From positions 248,001 through 312,000 of the forward strand of contig CALSSD010000010.1 in the NCBI GenBank assembly GCA_943788915.1: 64,000 nt of DNA. The letters are read 5' to 3'. Numbering within the stretch: the first letter of the stretch is position 1; each line of letters begins with the position of its first letter. This DNA is from an uncultured Acidimicrobiales bacterium. GTDB lineage: Bacteria > Actinomycetota > Acidimicrobiia > Acidimicrobiales > UBA10347. Below are positions 21,917-32,475 of this stretch, one piece after another. The notes beneath the pieces are model-generated. The model had not been told where the DNA came from. It did no database searches and saw only the letters and a list, made by a program, of their open reading frames with translations. Position numbers and translations under genes: made by a program.

Positions 21917-22929
21917 CGGACTCATCAGATCAGATCATCCTGGGTATCGAGACGTCGTGCGACGAGACCGCCGCGTCGGTCGTCGTGAACGGCAGCACGA
22001 TCCTCTCCTCGGTCGTGAGTAGCCAGGTTGACCTGCATGCACGCTTTGGAGGCGTCGTCCCCGAGATCGCAAGCCGGGCGCACACCGAACTCATCACGCC
22101 AGTCATTGCCCAGGCCTTGGTCGAAGCTGGTCGAACCGGCAAGGAACTTACGGCCGTCGCAGCGACGTATGGCCCCGGGCTGGTGGGATCGCTGCTCGTT
22201 GGTGTCAGCGCAGCCAAGGCATTGGCGCTTACGTGGGGTGTGCCATTCGTCGGAGTTAATCATCTCGAAGGCCACCTCTACGCTGGGTTGCTCGAAGAAC
22301 CTGACCTGCAGTTTCCGCTCGTGGTGCTACTTGTGTCGGGCGGTCACACGATGCTTATCGAGATGCAAGGCCATGGCCGGTACCGGCTTATCGGTCAGAC
22401 GGTCGACGATGCAGCCGGCGAAGCTTTCGACAAGGTCGCCAGGTATCTCGACCTGGGTTACCCGGGAGGCCCGGTCGTGGATCAGCTTGCGACCCAGGGG
22501 GACCCGACGGCGATCAAGTTCCCTCGACCAATGATCAACGAGGGCTACGACTTCTCGTTCAGCGGGTTGAAGACGGCCGTGATCAACCATGTTCGCAAAA
22601 ACCCCGACGTGTCTGCCGAGGATGTCTGCGCGTCATTCCAGGCTGCGGTTGTCGACGTGTTGCTGACCAAGGCCAAACGGGCAGCCGAAGAAGTTGGCGC
22701 CACTGCGATCTGTCTTGCCGGGGGTGTTGCCGCAAATAGTGAGCTGCGAGAGCGCACGCTCGACTATTCGGTCGAGACCGGGGTGCGTGCGTATGTGCCG
22801 AGTCGGTCGATGTGTACTGACAACGCGGCCATGATCGCAACCGCCGCCTGGTGGCGGCTTAACGCCGACGGCCCATCTGGCTTGGATCTTGGTGCGGAAC
22901 CGAACCTGAAGCTGGACTGGGTGGCCTAA
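21913..22929 (+). CDS. tsaD: t6A threonylcarbamoyltransferase TsaD
   Basis: LGIETSCDET, GGVVPEIASRAH, NHLEGH, VSGGHT, FSFSGLKTA, CTDNAAMIA. Confidence 0.98.
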   Translation: MTDSSDQIILGIETSCDETAASVVVNGSTILSSVVSSQVDLHARFGGVVPEIASRAHTELITPVIAQALVEAGRTGKELTAVAATYGPGLVGSLLVGVSAAKALALTWGVPFVGVNHLEGHLYAGLLEEPDLQFPLVVLLVSGGHTMLIEMQGHGRYRLIGQTVDDAAGEAFDKVARYLDLGYPGGPVVDQLATQGDPTAIKFPRPMINEGYDFSFSGLKTAVINHVRKNPDVSAEDVCASFQAAVVDVLLTKAKRAAEEVGATAICLAGGVAANSELRERTLDYSVETGVRAYVPSRSMCTDNAAMIATAAWWRLNADGPSGLDLGAEPNLKLDWVA

Positions 22930-23017
22930 GTCACACCCGCAAAACAGGCTGGAGACTGCTGCTTCGGTGCGGCCCGGGATTTCCCACTGTCGGCACCAAA
23001 AAGTGCGACACAGAGGG

Positions 23018-23045
23018 TTGACTCCGGAACTCTCACCACTAGAGT
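23018..23045 (+). promoter_or_regulatory. Housekeeping-sigma promoter of groESL
   Basis: TTGACT (23018-23023), 16 bp, TAGAGT (23040-23045) abutting the CIRCE. Confidence 0.7.
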
Positions 23046-23071
23046 TAGCACTCGCCTGTCGAGAGTGCTAA
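23045..23071 (+). promoter_or_regulatory. CIRCE element (HrcA operator)
   Basis: Perfect TTAGCACTC-N9-GAGTGCTAA upstream of groES; the inverted repeat extends by AGAG/CTCT. Confidence 0.98.
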
Positions 23072-23168
23072 CTCTTGCCAAGTGAATCGGTCACCGCTTG
23101 TGCAGAGCGATTGGCCCAATAAGAAATACCTCATAACACCTTTCGAGCTTAATTTTAGGAGAGCCTCG

Positions 23169-23459
23169 ATGAACCTTCAGCCTCTCGAGGACCGCATCGT
23201 TGTTCGCCCAAGTGAGGGCGAAGAAATGACGGCTAGCGGCCTCGTAATTCCCGACACTGCCAAGGAAAAGCCACAACAGGGCGAAGTCCTTGCTGTTGGT
23301 CCTGGCAAGCGCAGCGACACCACTGGCGAGGTAATCGCCATGGACGTAGCCGCTGGCGACACTGTCATCTACTCAAAGTACGGCGGCACCGAGATCAGCT
23401 CAGGTGGCGAAGACCTCTTGATCCTTTCGGCCCGCGACGTGCTCGCGATCGTCAAGTAG
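23169..23459 (+). CDS. groES: Co-chaperonin GroES
   Basis: [48 protein letters not shown]. Confidence 0.99.
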   Translation: MNLQPLEDRIVVRPSEGEEMTASGLVIPDTAKEKPQQGEVLAVGPGKRSDTTGEVIAMDVAAGDTVIYSKYGGTEISSGGEDLLILSARDVLAIVK

Positions 23460-25103
<1,644 letters not shown>

Positions 25104-25177
25104 GACAGTCCGCCTTGTTGCGCTGCAACTTTCCGAGCTACCAGCTCGACGGTTCCGGCAAGAGGCGGAAATAGTTT

Positions 25178-25217
25178 GATGAGTGCCGGGCCTTGGGGCC
25201 CGGCATTCGTCGTTTTC
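25178..25217 (+). terminator. Intrinsic terminator of groESL
   Basis: GATGAGTGCCGGGCC-TTGG-GGCCCGGCATTCGTC stem followed by GTTTT. Confidence 0.85.
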
Positions 25218-25254
25218 TACTCGGTCTACAACCCCGAATGGCGGGGTTGATTGC

Positions 25255-25470
25255 TTAGGCGGCGACAAGCGTTGTTGTCTCGCTGAGCAAGCTCTGGGCG
25301 ACGTCGGAGCTGACCCCGAGATCGATCGTTAAGGTGTCGACGATCTCGTTGGCGTCACACCAGTTGTTCAGCATGTATCGCACACTCCGACGGGCAAACT
25401 CCACATCGCAGGTGGTGTCGAACTCGGGCAAGGTCGTGGCTAGGGCGGCGGCGGTTGTTGTCTTCTCCAT
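25255..25470 (-). CDS. Small hypothetical protein (71 aa)
   Basis: ATG at 25470 after a purine-rich CAGAGAGGT; protein-like composition; ends LVAA. Confidence 0.55.
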   Translation of the reverse strand: MEKTTTAAALATTLPEFDTTCDVEFARRSVRYMLNNWCDANEIVDTLTIDLGVSSDVAQSLLSETTTLVAA

Positions 25471-25758
25471 ACCTCTCTGACGTCTGGCCACCCGACTTTG
25501 GTTCCCCTCGACGCAAAAAAGGTGCCTGATGTACGAAATGGGTGCATCACGCTCCTAATTTGCGTTGGGAAGGGAAGGATGTGTCTTCTGTCGAGGTGCG
25601 TTGTTGGCTACGAGAAGTGGACGTCGGTTGTGACTGGGTGGGCACGGGGTTTCTTCGAGTCGCTTCCAAAGGGTTTCGCAGTTGTTCATCAGCCTGAGGA
25701 ACTACTTTTATGGTCGTGCCGGGTTTAGTAAAGAACTAGATCCGAATGAGAGTTCAAC

Positions 25759-26538
25759 ATGGCAACCGTGCATAGACCGGAAACTGAGGGGAGCACTTCC
25801 TCTCAGGAGTCGTTGGGCCTGATCGCGATCGAGCGGCATCGTCGGGGCAACCGTTGGATGCACTGGATCAACTTCCCGCTGCTGACGATCATGATCTGGA
25901 GCGGTCTGCGCATCTACTGGGCTGACCTCCGTGACCCCTATGTATTCGGCTTCGGTGGTTGGGAACTCTTTGAGTTCTTCCCCGACTGGGTTAACGAACC
26001 CCTCGGCCTCAACCGCAAATTGGCCAGGGGTATGGCCTTCCATTTCACCTTCGGCTGGCTCTTCGCTCTAAACGGCATCGCCTTCGGCCTCTACCTGTGG
26101 CGCACGGGAGGCTGGCGTAATTTCGTGCCGACGGTAGATGATCTGCGCACGATCCCCAAGGTGGTGCTTCACGAGGTCGGACTTCGGAAGGAAGCCCCGC
26201 CACAAGGCAAGTACAACGGTGTGCAGCAACTGGTCTACGGCGCAATCCTGCTGATGGGGATCCTGGTGATCCTCTCTGGTTTCGCAATCTACAAACCGAC
26301 CCAGCTGAGGCCTCTCACCACGCTGATGGGCGGCTATGGCGGCGCACGATTCATTCATTTCGCCACGACGATCGGCTTCCTCGTGTTCTTCGGTATACAC
26401 ATCGTGCAGGTTGCCCGTGCTGGTTTCAGCAACTTCTGGTCAATGGTCACCGGTTATGCACTGCTGCCAAAAGACGACGACAACGAAGTCGTCAACCTTG
26501 ATGTCGACACGTTCAGGGCCGAAGAGGTCGCGCAATGA
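25759..26538 (+). CDS. Membrane b-type cytochrome (Ni-hydrogenase/PhsC-like cytochrome b family)
   Basis: RWMHWIN, AFHFTFGW, GKYNGVQQ, ARFIHF, GIHIVQV: His ligands in four hydrophobic helices. Confidence 0.88.
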   Translation: MATVHRPETEGSTSSQESLGLIAIERHRRGNRWMHWINFPLLTIMIWSGLRIYWADLRDPYVFGFGGWELFEFFPDWVNEPLGLNRKLARGMAFHFTFGWLFALNGIAFGLYLWRTGGWRNFVPTVDDLRTIPKVVLHEVGLRKEAPPQGKYNGVQQLVYGAILLMGILVILSGFAIYKPTQLRPLTTLMGGYGGARFIHFATTIGFLVFFGIHIVQVARAGFSNFWSMVTGYALLPKDDDNEVVNLDVDTFRAEEVAQ

Positions 26539-27458
26539 CTGAACCACGGAAGCCAATCAATCAGGGCGCTAAAGAGACCGTCGTCGATGGTGGAACGATC
26601 GTGGCTGGAGCGAACGACACCGTGGCCGACGACGGTGCGGCGGCACCAACTGCAGCACAGCCGATCGCTCGTGATGGTGCCGATACGCAGGTGCACCGTG
26701 CTGCGGCTGACACGCGGGGCCGTGCTCTCAACGAAGCTGAGTTCAAGACGTTGTCCCGACGCTCACTCCTCACGGGAGCTGGCGGAGCGCTCGCCGCCTT
26801 CGTGGGATGGCGCACGCTGCAAGGTCGCCCCGAGAGCGGCAACATTCCTGATGTGCTGAGGGTCGGCCATGAAACCAACGAGCGCGTCTGGCGCACCCTG
26901 TTCCGCAGCAGCGCAGAGGCCCCGACGTTCGACTTCGCTGAATCATCGATGATGCGCGTCAACGGTCGCCACGGCATTCGGGATGGACTTAACCGGGCCA
27001 CGTGGGAGCTGCGAGTCGTCGGACGCGACGGCGAACTGCTTGGCACCCACCAGGTCGACGACCTACGGGCACTGCCCCAGACCGAGATGACCGTCGAACA
27101 CAAATGTGTCGAAGGCTGGTCTCACATTGTCACCTGGGGTGGCGTGGTCTTCTCCGAGTTCCTTGCAGCGTTCTATCCCGAGCAAGCCGACGCCAAGTAC
27201 GTCGGCCTGTCAACGCCCGATGGCGACTTCAACGTTGGGCTCGACATGGCTTCGATGATGCACTCACAGACCATGCTCACTCTCGACCTACAACGAGAGC
27301 CATTGTCAGAAGAACACGGTGCACCAGTTCGTCTCACCACGCCGCTCAAGTACGGCACGAAGAACATCAAGCGCATTGGCACGCTCCAGTTCTCAGACAC
27401 TCAGCCTGACAACGACTACTGGACCGTGCGGGGCTACGACTGGTACGCCGCTTTGTAG
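26535..27458 (+). CDS. Sulfite-oxidase-family (MsrP/YedY-like) molybdopterin oxidoreductase
   Basis: Twin-Arg SRRSLL plus hydrophobic stretch; HKCVEGWS Mo-ligand Cys; HGAPVRL, KYGTKNIKRI, YWTVRGYDW. Confidence 0.92.
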   Translation: MTEPRKPINQGAKETVVDGGTIVAGANDTVADDGAAAPTAAQPIARDGADTQVHRAAADTRGRALNEAEFKTLSRRSLLTGAGGALAAFVGWRTLQGRPESGNIPDVLRVGHETNERVWRTLFRSSAEAPTFDFAESSMMRVNGRHGIRDGLNRATWELRVVGRDGELLGTHQVDDLRALPQTEMTVEHKCVEGWSHIVTWGGVVFSEFLAAFYPEQADAKYVGLSTPDGDFNVGLDMASMMHSQTMLTLDLQREPLSEEHGAPVRLTTPLKYGTKNIKRIGTLQFSDTQPDNDYWTVRGYDWYAAL

Positions 27459-27465
27459 GCAAACC

Positions 27466-27501
27466 GACGTGCATCTGGGGTCTGACCCTCGGTGCACGTC
27501 G
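27466..27501. terminator. Hairpin between convergent genes, built around a GGGTCTGACCC palindrome
   Basis: CGACGTGCATC-TGGGGTCTGACCCTC-GGTGCACGTCG. Confidence 0.6.
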
Positions 27502-27556
27502 CCCTCGACCCTCAGTTGGAATTGTTACTTCCCCTGGGGAGGTAACTATTCGAGGC

Positions 27557-27934
27557 TCAAAGCAGGTGGGGTGCGTGTTCTTCGAGTGCGGCTTGTACCT
27601 GCTTGACACTGGGGTTGACCAAGCCGATGGGACCGACAATCACAGCTGGCACGGTTTCATTGCCGTCGGCAATGGAACGGACGATGGCAGCATCTTCGGG
27701 GTTCTCCCAGATGTTGCGTTCGTTGACGGGGATTCCTGCTGACTTGAGACCCGAACTGAGCCGCGAGCAGAACGGTCAACCAGGTCGCCAGAAGTATTCG
27801 ATGGCTTCGAGGCCATCTTCGGGGATAGGTACTTGATGTTCTGGTGCCACAACTGCCGTCGTCTTGTTCGATCGATACATGAAGAACGCAATTCCAAAGC
27901 CTAAACCGACGAAGAGGAGGCTGACCCAGTCCAT
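27557..27934 (-). CDS. Probable selenoprotein: membrane-anchored mycoredoxin/glutaredoxin-like oxidoreductase, UxxC motif, 125 aa
   Basis: Manual translation MDWVSLLFVGLGFGIAFFMYRSNK...IEYFWRPG(TGA)PFCSRL...NIWENPEDAAIVRSIADGNETVPAVIVGPIGLVNPSVKQV...HLL*; TGA = codon 53 (27776-27778); GAAGGA RBS 9 nt upstream. Confidence 0.88.
27734..27772 (-). other. Candidate bacterial SECIS hairpin
   Basis: 3' of the UGA: UUCUGCU/AGCAGGA lower stem, GGCUC/GGGUC upper stem, loop AGUUC with G at +20. Confidence 0.65.
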
Positions 27935-28182
27935 CTACGGCGATCCTTCGCGTTCACGACTACGGGAAGGTAGCCGCCACATACTGTACGACCACACCGA
28001 TCTCTTAGGCGTTCAGTCGGGATCCGAAGCCTGTGAACCTGTCATGTATTGCGGCCATCGGAGGTATGGCTGTCGGAGCGTGGCGGTCAGATGCCAGCCT
28101 TGTTGTCGAACGTTGCTGTCGGTACTCAGATTTCGACCGGTTGCCACCGACACCTACGCGTCAGGCTAGATATCCTCTCACC

Positions 28183-28491
28183 GTGACCACCTTTCAGCGC
28201 CCTGCCCCCGATCTGCAAAAAATTGCCGAGGCGTGGCGCGTATGGACAGAAGGCAGCGAAGGCAGCGACGACGGTGAAGAGGTGCTTCCAGGTCGCTCGA
28301 TGGCTGACCTGAAAATCGGAGGCACCGACAAGGTCCTCGAAACCCTTGCCGCCGAAAGCGAAGCTATTTCGCCAGTGTTTGACATCTGGATGGCGTGGGA
28401 GAAGGGCAAGAGCACACCCGAGGTCGCGTTGGCTGGCCTGGAAGACAACGGGTTCGCCGCCATCGTCGAGGCGCTACACGACAGCGAATGA
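28183..28491 (+). CDS. Hypothetical protein (102 aa)
   Basis: GTG 6 nt after TATCCT; coding-like codon usage; directly precedes the NUDIX gene. Confidence 0.7.
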   Translation: MTTFQRPAPDLQKIAEAWRVWTEGSEGSDDGEEVLPGRSMADLKIGGTDKVLETLAAESEAISPVFDIWMAWEKGKSTPEVALAGLEDNGFAAIVEALHDSE

Positions 28492-28501
28492 GCCCGATCC
28501 G

Positions 28502-29191
28502 ATGATCGATGTGCCGAATGGGCGCGGCGGTCCTCAACAGATTCCCCGACCACCACATGTTTCTCCTGGCGGTCCACCGCCATGGAACCATCTTCCCGAG
28601 CAGCGGCGACATGTTGACCTGGACCTGTTGGTCGAGCGGCTTGGCCGGTATGAACCTGCCTACACCGATCGTGGCCTGCCCGGCACCGGGAAGACATCAG
28701 CTGTGCTGGTGCCGCTGTATATCGACAACGGAGAACCAACTGTGCTTCTGACCCGCCGGAGCCCGGCACTGCGGTCACACACACACGAGGTCTCCTTTCC
28801 GGGCGGACGTCACGACGAGACCGACACGGATCACATCGACACGGCACTTCGTGAAGCCGAAGAAGAAGTGAACCTGCAACGGTCCAGCGTCGAGATCGTG
28901 GGAGCGCTCGACTGGTTCATCACAGGTGGTAGCGGCTCCCTCGTCCACCCCTACGTCGGCCTACTCGACGGCCCGCCAGCGGATCTGGTGGCGCATCCGG
29001 GCGAGGTCGAGGCAATTCTTCCCGTGACCCTTCGTGAGCTGTTGCTCGACGAGGTGTGGCGAGAAGAAGTCTGGGTCAGAGATGGACAACGGGCCCGGGT
29101 GACTTTCTTTGAGCTCCATGGCGACACGGTCTGGGGTGCAACAGGAAATATGTTGCGACAGCTCCTAACACTGGCTACTGATCCAGTCTGA
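28502..29191 (+). CDS. NUDIX hydrolase, CoA pyrophosphatase family
   Basis: SAVLVPL, LLTRRSPALRSH.EVSFPGG, TALREAEEEV, VWGATG. Confidence 0.93.
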   Translation: MIDVPNGRGGPQQIPRPPHVSPGGPPPWNHLPEQRRHVDLDLLVERLGRYEPAYTDRGLPGTGKTSAVLVPLYIDNGEPTVLLTRRSPALRSHTHEVSFPGGRHDETDTDHIDTALREAEEEVNLQRSSVEIVGALDWFITGGSGSLVHPYVGLLDGPPADLVAHPGEVEAILPVTLRELLLDEVWREEVWVRDGQRARVTFFELHGDTVWGATGNMLRQLLTLATDPV

Positions 29192-29238
29192 TTCGCTCGG
29201 ATCAGGGCGGCGCTGCGATGAGTGGTTAGGTTCGTGTG

Positions 29239-30078
29239 GTGACAACAACCGTTGAACGGCTCGGAACGATCACCAATCTGGTGCACGGTTTCATCTACTT
29301 CTCCACTGAGGCATCCAATCGGTATGGCGCTCTTGGGTTAACTGGTCGCCAGCAATACTTCGCGGGGCGGGCAGCACCCATGGGCCCTGTCGGTCCTGGC
29401 TTGGTCGTGGCCACGTTCTACAACTTCAACCCGGCTGTGGTGCACGAGGCGATTCCTGAGGCGTGGGCAGTTGCCGCTCCAGCTGCGGTGCAAGCAGCTC
29501 GTTTCCATGCAGCGGCCGACGTGTTACACGGCGTGTGTGCCGATATCGAACCTGACATCATCGCTCGGGCGACAGCGATCGCGCAGCGAATGGTCGACGA
29601 GGTGGGCGACGAAGGTAAGCCGCTTGCTGCCAGCAATCGTTCTGTTGCGCTGCCGGATGACCCCGCGGTTCGTCTGTGGCAGCTGGTCACGATCATCCGT
29701 GAATGGCGCGGCGACACCCATGTTGCGGCGCTAGGTGCTGCCGCCGTGTCTGGCATCGAAGCCTTGGTGTTACATGCTGCGACCGGCCAGGTGCCAGCGT
29801 CGGTACTGCAGTCGACGCGGGCTTGGACCGATCAGGACTGGCAAGGCGCCGTCGAGGCGCTCGCCGCCCGAGACCTCGTCGACGCTCACGGTGTGTTCAC
29901 CCCAGTAGGTCAAGCGTTTCGTGCCGATATCGAAGCGGCAACGAACACCGCGTCCCAGCCGCTCGTCGATGCGGTCGGAGATGACCAGGCCTCGCTTCTG
30001 TGCGATCTGCTCAAACCAATCCGATCCGGCTTGATTGGATCCGGTGTGTTCGCGAAGCCACTCGGCGGTGCCCGATAA
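29239..30078 (+). CDS. Conserved actinobacterial protein (SCO6745-like family)
   Basis: YFAGRAAPMG, ATFYNFNP, LWQ...REWRGDTHVAAL, TRAWTDQDW. Confidence 0.8.
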   Translation: MTTTVERLGTITNLVHGFIYFSTEASNRYGALGLTGRQQYFAGRAAPMGPVGPGLVVATFYNFNPAVVHEAIPEAWAVAAPAAVQAARFHAAADVLHGVCADIEPDIIARATAIAQRMVDEVGDEGKPLAASNRSVALPDDPAVRLWQLVTIIREWRGDTHVAALGAAAVSGIEALVLHAATGQVPASVLQSTRAWTDQDWQGAVEALAARDLVDAHGVFTPVGQAFRADIEAATNTASQPLVDAVGDDQASLLCDLLKPIRSGLIGSGVFAKPLGGAR

Positions 30079-30091
30079 GCGGACCGCTGGC

Positions 30092-31348
30092 CTACGTGGT
30101 GTCGAAGATCTCTTCGCCCACAACAGGTCCGCTAGGTAACCGCACGAGGGTCAGCGCCATCGCAGCCGCCGCTCCAGTGAGTAGCACCGCTGTTAAAGAG
30201 GTCAGCTCAATGAGTGGCCCGGCGACGATGTTGGCAAACGGAATCGTGCCACCGAACGCCAAGACCCACAAGGCAGCGACGCGACCGCGGATGGCGGAAT
30301 CGACATGTTCTTGCCACGCGGTAGCCAACGATGTTGGAAGCGCGAAGTAGAACAACCCAACCAAGTAGATGGCTACGAACGCCCAGCCCACATTTCGGAC
30401 CAGCGTCAACCAGCCGAGCGACAACGAAAAGGCCGCCAGGGTCACGGGTGCGATACGAGCCGATGGGGTCCGCAGGAAGACCGTGCCAATCAGGCCAGCG
30501 CCGGTGAGGCCCCCGAGTCCAAACATGGCGTATAACCAGCCATAGGTGGTGCTCTTGGGGTCGATGCCCAGGTTCACGTCGGCAATGGCAGGAAGCTGGC
30601 CGATGAATGGCAAACAGAAGAACGTGAACAAACCCATCATCAGCAGCGGTCGGCCGACCTGAGGGGCTTTGAACGCCACGGTGAAGCCACCTAACAAACG
30701 TTCTTTCCACGTACGTGCGGTCGCCGTTCCAGGGGGAATGATGGCTCGATAGATGGCGATCAAGACAAACAGGTAACTCGCGGCGTTGATCGCAAACACC
30801 TCGGCATAACCCCACTTGGTGACCAAGAACCCACCAATAGCTGGGCCGACAATACGGGTGCCGTTTGTCTGCATGGAGTTCAACGCTATGGCGGCGGACA
30901 GGTTGCGTTCGCCAGCGATCGCTGGGATGACCGAGGTAAGGGCGGGAGCGTAGAGACCCTGACCAAGGCCGATGACGAAAACAATACCGAGCAGGACGGC
31001 CGGTCCGATTTCACCGTCGATCAGTAACACCGCGAGCACGAACGTCCACACCATCTGCCAGCTCTGGCAGACCAGCAAAAGCAGTCGGCGGTCCACAGTG
31101 TCAGCGAGTGAGCCGCCAAGCAGGCTCAGGACACCAAGCGGCAGAAGTTGGGCAAAGATAATCGCACCCAGAAACGCACTGGAGCCTGTTAGTTCCCAAC
31201 CGAGCACGCCGAGTGCAGCCGTTTGCATCCACCGTCCGGCATTGGACAACGCGGTGCCCACAAACAGTCGTCGGAACTCGGGGACAGAGAGCGCGTCGCG
31301 CGCGGTTCCACGGTCGGCCGCCTCGACAGCTTGGTTGTCGCTGCTCAA
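30092..31348 (-). CDS. MFS transporter (DUF894/macrolide-efflux-like)
   Basis: About 12 hydrophobic segments; GGSLADTVDRR, AIALNS, RIVGPAIGG, IRGRV. Confidence 0.92.
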   Translation of the reverse strand: MSSDNQAVEAADRGTARDALSVPEFRRLFVGTALSNAGRWMQTAALGVLGWELTGSSAFLGAIIFAQLLPLGVLSLLGGSLADTVDRRLLLLVCQSWQMVWTFVLAVLLIDGEIGPAVLLGIVFVIGLGQGLYAPALTSVIPAIAGERNLSAAIALNSMQTNGTRIVGPAIGGFLVTKWGYAEVFAINAASYLFVLIAIYRAIIPPGTATARTWKERLLGGFTVAFKAPQVGRPLLMMGLFTFFCLPFIGQLPAIADVNLGIDPKSTTYGWLYAMFGLGGLTGAGLIGTVFLRTPSARIAPVTLAAFSLSLGWLTLVRNVGWAFVAIYLVGLFYFALPTSLATAWQEHVDSAIRGRVAALWVLAFGGTIPFANIVAGPLIELTSLTAVLLTGAAAAMALTLVRLPSGPVVGEEIFDTT

Positions 31349-32475
31349 GAAAGGGCTTGAGTCAGATCCTCGAGGATGTCTTCGATGTTCTCGATGCCGA
31401 CCGAGAGTCGGACCAACGCAGGGTTCACTTCGAGAGGGGAACCAGCAGTGGATCCATGAGTCATTCCGGCAGGTACCTCGATGAGAGACTCAACCGCCCC
31501 GAGCGACTCGGCCAGGGTGAACAACTTGGTTGAGGTGACGATCTTGTGAGCCGCTTCGACGCCGCCTGAGGGAATAAACGACACCATGCCACCGTAGTTG
31601 CGCATCTGTTTGGTGGCGGTGTCATGGCCCAGATGGCCAGGGAGCCCGGGGTACAGGATCTCGCTGATCGCCGAGTTGGTCGACAACATCTCGACGACTG
31701 CCTGAGCGTTGTCGCAGTGGCGATCCATGCGGACGCCAAGGGTCTTGAAGCCCCGGAGCAAGAAGTAACAATCGAACGGGCTAATGATGGCGCCCACACC
31801 GTTCTGGATGAAGGCAAGATGTTCAGCGATCTCGTCGCTGTTGGTCACGGCCAAGCCGCCCACGACGTCGCTGTGGCCGCCGAGATACTTGGTGGCTGAG
31901 TGAATGACGATGTCGGCGCCAAGTGACAGAGGCTGTTGCAGATACGGCGTGGCGAAGGTGTTGTCGGCCACGCACAGACCACCCTGTTCGTGGGCGGCAG
32001 CGGCGATAGCTTCGATATCGAAGCAAGTCAGATTGGGGTTCGTGGGGGTTTCGAGCCACACCATCTTGGTGTTGTCGGCCCACATCGAGGCGACTAGTTC
32101 GGGCTTGGTCAAGTCAACGGCCGTCCAGGTCACGCCGATCTTGCCGTAGATCTTGTCGAGGAGTCGGAACGTGCCGCCGTACGCGTCGTTCCCGAGCAGC
32201 ACATTGTCGCCAGGCTGAAGCATGCGCATGATGGCGTCTTCGGCGGCCATACCGCTACCGAATGCGAAACCGTGGGTGGCGCCTTCGAGCGCAGCGATGG
32301 ATGTCTCAAGGGCCGCCCGAGTTGGATTGCCGGTGCGGCTGTATTCAAAACCCTTGTGCTGGTTCACACCCTGCTGGGCATAGGTCGTGGCGAGATGAAC
32401 AGGAACCGTGACGGCGCCTGTCTGCTCGTCTGGCTCTTGGCCAGCGTGAATTGCGGTCGTGTTGAAACCTGTCAT
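31345..32475 (-). CDS. Cystathionine gamma-lyase/gamma-synthase
   Basis: YSRTGNPT, ETPTNP, DNTFATP, HSATKYLGGHSDV, AESLGAVESL. Confidence 0.96.
   Translation of the reverse strand: MTGFNTTAIHAGQEPDEQTGAVTVPVHLATTYAQQGVNQHKGFEYSRTGNPTRAALETSIAALEGATHGFAFGSGMAAEDAIMRMLQPGDNVLLGNDAYGGTFRLLDKIYGKIGVTWTAVDLTKPELVASMWADNTKMVWLETPTNPNLTCFDIEAIAAAAHEQGGLCVADNTFATPYLQQPLSLGADIVIHSATKYLGGHSDVVGGLAVTNSDEIAEHLAFIQNGVGAIISPFDCYFLLRGFKTLGVRMDRHCDNAQAVVEMLSTNSAISEILYPGLPGHLGHDTATKQMRNYGGMVSFIPSGGVEAAHKIVTSTKLFTLAESLGAVESLIEVPAGMTHGSTAGSPLEVNPALVRLSVGIENIEDILEDLTQALS

Noticed and set aside
27603..27897. ORF-track calls 27603..27836 (+) and 27640..27897 (-)
   Set aside because: Shadow frames of the TGA-containing redoxin gene
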